Of a stretch of 64,000 nucleotides of DNA, positions 59,544 through 64,000 are shown one piece after another. Position 1 is the first letter of the stretch. Each line of letters opens with the position of its first letter. The translations under genes were made by a program, and so were the position numbers. The notes beneath the pieces are model-generated. The model was not told the DNA's origin and ran no database searches. It saw only the letters and a list, made by a program, of their open reading frames with translations. Source of the DNA: an uncultured Acidobacteriota bacterium (GTDB taxonomy: Bacteria > Acidobacteriota > Vicinamibacteria > Vicinamibacterales > CAVVIG01); the NCBI GenBank assembly GCA_963773035.1, contig CAVYZX010000012.1, forward strand, positions 90,013-154,012, written 5' to 3'.

Positions 59544-60827
59544 TCAGAACCAGAACACGAGTTGCGCTGCAGGGAGTTGCAGGCTGTGCACCCTACCCCC
59601 AGGACGAGTGTTGAACTGATAAGAAACCTTCAGCACCAGATTGCGCTGAATCGAGTAGCCGCCGCCGACCTCGACGCGTGTCACCGGAGCATCCCAGCTG
59701 TTACGCCCGAGCGTGCCCGTGATTTGACTGAAGCCCAGATAATCCCAGCGTGCCGCAGCGTACAGCCCGGGCTTGATCTTGTACCGTCCTTCGAGAGATG
59801 TCCCGATCGACTCCAACGGCAATCGAATGACCGGTGCCGCCACAATCGGCAACATCCAGTGGCTGACGACGGTCTCGAACCGCAGCAGATAGTAGTCGCG
59901 CGAGTATTCGACGTCGGCGCCCCAGGCGGTCTGCGTGAAGTCGTCATTCGCACCGTCGCCCAGCGCGGCGCGGGCGGCCGCCTGACTGACGAACGGCCCG
60001 CGTGCCAGGGAGCCGCCCACGACAAGCCCGGTCACTGGATGAACGGCGACGCGCCCGGCGACTTGAGGGCCATTGTTGTCGTCCCGAACCAAAGGATTCG
60101 ACAGCGTGCCTGTTGTGACGGCGGCCGTCCCCTCGATCAGGTCGTTTGCGGCGTGTACCTGGACTCCCGTATCCCACCTGAACCCGCTCGCGAGCGGAAC
60201 GCCGTGCTCGGGCTTGAGGTTTCCGACGGAGAAGTTCGACAACCAACCGCGGCCGCGCATACGCAACAACTCGTCGGCGTTTGCCGGCAACGAATCGGGG
60301 CGGAGCGAGGTGAGGTACTGATACGTGACCGGGTAACCGATGAGCGGGTTGTCTGCCGCGTACGCCCGCCTGGAGAACGCCCCGAAAGCGGGCGGCACCC
60401 GGCCAATCAGAATGTCGAAGTTTCGACGACTCCAGGGTCGGACTCGCAGATACAGACCGTAGGCCTCCGGATGTGCGCCGTTCTCGCTTCGCACCTCGCC
60501 CAGAACCGCAAGGTGCTCGGTGGCTTTCACCGAAGCCACAACGCCCAGGCGCAGCATGCGCAGCGTCGAGTGCTCGTAGTCGCTGTAGTTGAAAAATCCC
60601 GTATCTTGCGGCGCCATGGAAAAGGACACGTCGCCGCCGAGGGTGACAGTTCCATCCGCGAAGACAATCGGCTCGGACGGGAGCGTTTGGGCTGCGGCGG
60701 GCAGGCTTGCCCACAGGACGAGCGCGCACGCCGCAACCAGCGTGGAGCCGCGCTGTGCGCGGCCTAGCCCCCTATTCATGAGCAACAGGCCGATCATAGC
60801 CCTTATCGCGCGCTGGACGGCTGGCAT
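59544..60827 (-). CDS. Putative outer-membrane beta-barrel (porin-like); start probably nearer 60779
   Basis: Signal peptide ending AAAQ; amphipathic strands; C-terminal LVFWF barrel signature. Confidence 0.75.
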   Translation of the reverse strand: MPAVQRAIRAMIGLLLMNRGLGRAQRGSTLVAACALVLWASLPAAAQTLPSEPIVFADGTVTLGGDVSFSMAPQDTGFFNYSDYEHSTLRMLRLGVVASVKATEHLAVLGEVRSENGAHPEAYGLYLRVRPWSRRNFDILIGRVPPAFGAFSRRAYAADNPLIGYPVTYQYLTSLRPDSLPANADELLRMRGRGWLSNFSVGNLKPEHGVPLASGFRWDTGVQVHAANDLIEGTAAVTTGTLSNPLVRDDNNGPQVAGRVAVHPVTGLVVGGSLARGPFVSQAAARAALGDGANDDFTQTAWGADVEYSRDYYLLRFETVVSHWMLPIVAAPVIRLPLESIGTSLEGRYKIKPGLYAAARWDYLGFSQITGTLGRNSWDAPVTRVEVGGGYSIQRNLVLKVSYQFNTRPGGRVHSLQLPAAQLVFWF

Positions 60828-61273
60828 GCAGTCTCACGAATGTCACAAATCCAACGGATTATCAGGGTAGCCGGTACAAGGCGCGTCAAAGTGGCGTCGG
60901 GCGATGGGAAGATGAGCGTCAGCGATTCGAACGCGCCCGGGATCTGGCTCCACTGACGGGCTACGGTCGGACGCAAGCCACCGTAGAGACGGGCCAGCGC
61001 CGAACGGTCGTAGAGGCCAGCACGGCCGAACGCGTCGAGTGGATTGGCGGTCTCGATGGTCCATCCTGTCCCCACGAGGTCCGAGAGAGGGCGGGCATCG
61101 ACGCAAACCTCGTAACGACCCAGAACAGGGTGAGGCGGTGTGAAAAGTGCGCGCCAGACCGCATCACAGCTGGATTGAGGCTGACCGCCGTCCTGAGCGC
61201 CGCCGCCAACCGACAAGACAACGAGCGCCGTGCTGGTCGCCCAAAGCACTCCGACTGTCTTTTTCAGTATCAT
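60803..61273 (-). CDS. Hypothetical exported protein
   Basis: Hydrophobic N-terminus; fills the gap in the same orientation as the downstream operon. Confidence 0.5.
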   Translation of the reverse strand: MILKKTVGVLWATSTALVVLSVGGGAQDGGQPQSSCDAVWRALFTPPHPVLGRYEVCVDARPLSDLVGTGWTIETANPLDAFGRAGLYDRSALARLYGGLRPTVARQWSQIPGAFESLTLIFPSPDATLTRLVPATLIIRWICDIRETACQPSSAR

Positions 61274-61287
61274 TAGAGGACCGGCCT

Positions 61288-61551
61288 GTGGCGTATATCA
61301 TCTGCGAACCGTGCATCGGTACGAAAGATACGGCGTGTGTAGACGTTTGCCCCGTCGACTGCATACACCCACGAAAGGACGAGGCTGACTTCGAAACGGC
61401 CGACATGCTGTACATCCACCCGGACGAATGCATCGACTGCGGCGCATGCGTGCCGGCCTGTCCAGTTGAAGCGATTTTCACGCTCGATGAAACACCGGTA
61501 AAGTGGCAGGACTTCATAGGACGAAACGCGGCGTACTTTAACGTGGGCTAG
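61288..61551 (+). CDS. Dicluster (7Fe/8Fe, FdxA-like) ferredoxin
   Basis: GTG start after GAGGA; CEPCIGTKDTACVDVCPVDC and CIDCGACVPACP. Confidence 0.92.
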   Translation: MAYIICEPCIGTKDTACVDVCPVDCIHPRKDEADFETADMLYIHPDECIDCGACVPACPVEAIFTLDETPVKWQDFIGRNAAYFNVG

Positions 61552-61602
61552 AGACTGGGCCTGGGGAGTGAGGCCGGCTACCCCAAGTCCCTGAGGGATC
61601 TC

Positions 61603-62139
61603 ATGGGTCTAATCGACCATCGATTCGAGGACAACTTCATCACCACCAGCATCGATCGTGTGCTGAATTGGGCGCGCGAGTCGTCTATCTGGCCGATGGG
61701 GTTCGGGCTTGCGTGCTGCGCAATTGAAATGATGGCCGCGTCGGCCTCCCGCTACGATATTGCCCGATTCGGTGCCGAGGTCTTCCGCGCATCGCCGCGT
61801 CAGTCGGACCTGATGATCGTGGCGGGGACAGTCACCAAGAAGATGGCCCCGGTGCTTCGGCGCTTGTACGACCAGATGCCCGAACCCAAGTGGGTGATCT
61901 CTATGGGGAGCTGCTCCAACGCCGGCGGGCCGTTCCCGACCTACAGCGTGCTCCAAGGTGTCGATAAGGTCGTGCCGGTCGATGTCTACGTATCGGGCTG
62001 CCCGCCGAGGCCGGAGGCCCTGCTGTACGGTTTGATGCGGCTGCAGGACAAGATCCGCAAGGAAGGCACGGTGCTTCGGAAAGAGCGAATCGTTCCGCTG
62101 GGTCAGACCGAGCCGATTCTGATTGGAGAGCGAGCGTAA
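61603..62139 (+). CDS. nuoB: NADH-quinone oxidoreductase subunit B
   Basis: [39 protein letters not shown]. Confidence 0.95.
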   Translation: MGLIDHRFEDNFITTSIDRVLNWARESSIWPMGFGLACCAIEMMAASASRYDIARFGAEVFRASPRQSDLMIVAGTVTKKMAPVLRRLYDQMPEPKWVISMGSCSNAGGPFPTYSVLQGVDKVVPVDVYVSGCPPRPEALLYGLMRLQDKIRKEGTVLRKERIVPLGQTEPILIGERA

Positions 62140-62154
62140 CCAGCGAGTACCGCC

Positions 62155-62625
62155 ATGCGAATCTTTCTCGAGTTTCTGAAAACGATCTTTCTGGTCGACC
62201 TGCTGAAGGGTCTGTGGGTGACCCTGAAGTACACGCCGCAGCCCGCGTTCACGTTCCAATATCCTGCGGAACGACGACCGACGGCCCCACGTTTCCGTGG
62301 CGTTCTCAGGCTCCAGACCGAGCCAGGGACCGGGGCGCAGACCTGTATCGTGTGCGACCAGTGCGCGAAGGCGTGCCCCGACGACCTGATCGCGCTCGGG
62401 GGCCATCGCGAGCCGGGGCAGAAGATCAAGATTCTGGATTATTTCGATTTCAATCTGTCCCGGTGCAGTTTCTGCGGGTTGTGTGCAGAAGTCTGCCCCA
62501 CGAAGCCTATCAAGGCGTTGATCATGAGCGAGGATTACGAACTTGGCAGTTACAGCCGGGAAACCCAGATTCTCCGGGTAGATGAGATGTACGACGGCGT
62601 GCCAATTGAGCAGTACACTCATTGA
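62155..62625 (+). CDS. nuoI: NADH-quinone oxidoreductase subunit I-like 2x[4Fe-4S] protein
   Basis: TFQYP, PRFRG, CIVCDQCAKACP, CSFCGLCAEVCP. Confidence 0.88.
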   Translation: MRIFLEFLKTIFLVDLLKGLWVTLKYTPQPAFTFQYPAERRPTAPRFRGVLRLQTEPGTGAQTCIVCDQCAKACPDDLIALGGHREPGQKIKILDYFDFNLSRCSFCGLCAEVCPTKPIKALIMSEDYELGSYSRETQILRVDEMYDGVPIEQYTH

Positions 62626-62873
62626 TTTACGGCCGTCTCCCGCCGGTTTCGGTTTTCGAAACTTGTTCACACCGGGCTCTGAATTCGATATCCTCCCTTA
62701 GCAACGCGCCCTAGCAACGCGGCCCCTCAAAAACTGGCAAGAACGCAGGTGCGAGTTCGATTCTCTCAACTGCCGTATCGTTACCGCGCGACGCGCCAGC
62801 GGCGGTCGATGGCGGCTCAGTTCTTGAATCGCGCCACAGCCGCCATGGCTCGGGTAGTGTCTGGGAGGACTTC

Positions 62874-64000
62874 ATGCGTAGCGGGTTTCGCGTCCTCGCG
62901 TGTTCGGCTGTTGTCGCTGCCGCGACCATCATCGTGCACGCCGCTCAGCTTCCTTCTGAACTGGGTGAGGTTCAGCTGAGATTGGGGCGGTTGCTGTTCG
63001 AGCAGGGACAGTATCCTGAAGCGCTCGAGGCTTATCGCAGCGCGTTGACAGCGGAGGACTCTGGAACCGCCCGCCGGGCCCGTGCCGGTGTGATTCAGGC
63101 CGCTCTACGCGTGGCGGAATTCGCGCTGGCGCGGCGCCAGGCGGAGGAACTCGTCAAGATTGCGCCGCGTGATGCTGAGACGCTCGCTCTGTACGGCGAC
63201 TCGCTTTGGGCCGCCGGCCAGTTCGATAGAGCCGAAGAGAAGTATCGTGACGCGCTGTCGATGCAGGCCGACCTTGCGCGCGGCCGCCATGGCATCGCCC
63301 GCTCGCTGCTGGCTCGGACGAAACTGGATGAAGCAATGAACGAAGCGCAGGCTGCCTTGCGCTTGGCTCCGCGCGATCTCGAGATTCACCACACCGTCGG
63401 CGCCATCTACGAGCGCATGCACAAGTACGAAGAAGCAGCGGCTGCCTACGGCAACTACGTAAATCTGCTGCCCAACAAAGATCGGAGCGAAAAGGCTGAA
63501 TGGGCGCGGGCGGAAATCCGCTTCTTGCGATCGTTCGGGCAACGGCTGCCGTTCGACATGGATCCGGGTGCCGACCAGGAGACCTACACGATCGATTTCA
63601 GGCTGGTAAAGGAAAAGGTCGTGGTGCGCGCGAAGGTCAATGGCTCGGCGGCGCAGGACTTCGTCGTGGATACCGGCGCCGAGAGTACCGTCTTGACCCG
63701 ACCGACGATCGAACGCCTCGGCGTGGCTCCGATCACCTACACGTTGAGCGCCGGCGTCGGCGACATCGGGTTGCGTGGCCTGCAGCTCGCACGCATCGAC
63801 TCGCTTGAAATCGGGACGCTCAAGGCTCGCAACATTCCGGTGCTCGTCAAGAGTCCGCCTCTGCGCGACATCCCGCAGCGGGAGACGGAGAGCCTATCAC
63901 CGCTCGCGCTCGGCTTCTCGATGACGATCGACTACAAGACGCACAAGCTGACCTTCGGCAGACATCTTCCAGACGAGCCGGTTGATTTCGAGCTGCCGCT
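62874..64000 (+). CDS. Exported TPR-repeat protein with a retropepsin-like aspartyl protease domain (3' truncated; absent from the ORF track)
   Basis: GGAGG SD then MRSGFRVLACSAVVAAATIIVHA; TPR helices (LGRLLFEQGQYPEALEAY); FVVDTGAES catalytic motif; frame open to the window end. Confidence 0.85.
   Translation, partial: MRSGFRVLACSAVVAAATIIVHAAQLPSELGEVQLRLGRLLFEQGQYPEALEAYRSALTAEDSGTARRARAGVIQAALRVAEFALARRQAEELVKIAPRDAETLALYGDSLWAAGQFDRAEEKYRDALSMQADLARGRHGIARSLLARTKLDEAMNEAQAALRLAPRDLEIHHTVGAIYERMHKYEEAAAAYGNYVNLLPNKDRSEKAEWARAEIRFLRSFGQRLPFDMDPGADQETYTIDFRLVKEKVVVRAKVNGSAAQDFVVDTGAESTVLTRPTIERLGVAPITYTLSAGVGDIGLRGLQLARIDSLEIGTLKARNIPVLVKSPPLRDIPQRETESLSPLALGFSMTIDYKTHKLTFGRHLPDEPVDFELP

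Noticed and set aside
62735..62780. Possible tRNA gene
   Set aside because: Only a T-loop-like hairpin is present; no D arm, anticodon arm or acceptor stem
63600..64000. Retropepsin DTG motif as a sign of a retroelement
   Set aside because: It is fused to a signal peptide and TPR repeats, typical of cellular bacterial aspartyl proteases; no RT or integrase in the window

Overview
High-GC chromosomal core region. Gene content resembles Acidobacteriota of the Vicinamibacteria type (inference only). No mobile elements, CRISPR arrays, rRNA or convincing tRNA genes were seen. In order, the window holds: mrdA-rodA-rne/rng (rne/rng carries a 1-nt frameshift); an ECF sigma/anti-sigma/DUF4097 unit; a HEAT-repeat + HD-GYP pair sharing an apparently homologous, unnamed N-terminal domain; a nucleoside salvage operon (pdp-nupC-punA-cdd-mtnA-tsaD-yjbQ-Nudix); an APC permease; a four-gene ABC exporter; peptidases; ALDH-leuB-like-folE; a radical SAM enzyme resembling archaeal tetraether lipid synthase (Tes/GDGT-MAS); ypdA; an AAA-VWA-LonN trio; the pyruvate dehydrogenase operon and lipA; a soluble MgtE-like protein with an NRMT-type Nramp; a beta-barrel/cupredoxin/histidine kinase/sigma54 regulator operon convergent on a cytochrome c'; and an isolated ferredoxin-nuoB-nuoI unit. 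The best candidates for undescribed biology are the Tes-like enzyme, the cupredoxin-porin two-component module, the HEAT/HD-GYP pair and the structured rne leader. All family calls come from motif recognition; no searches were run.
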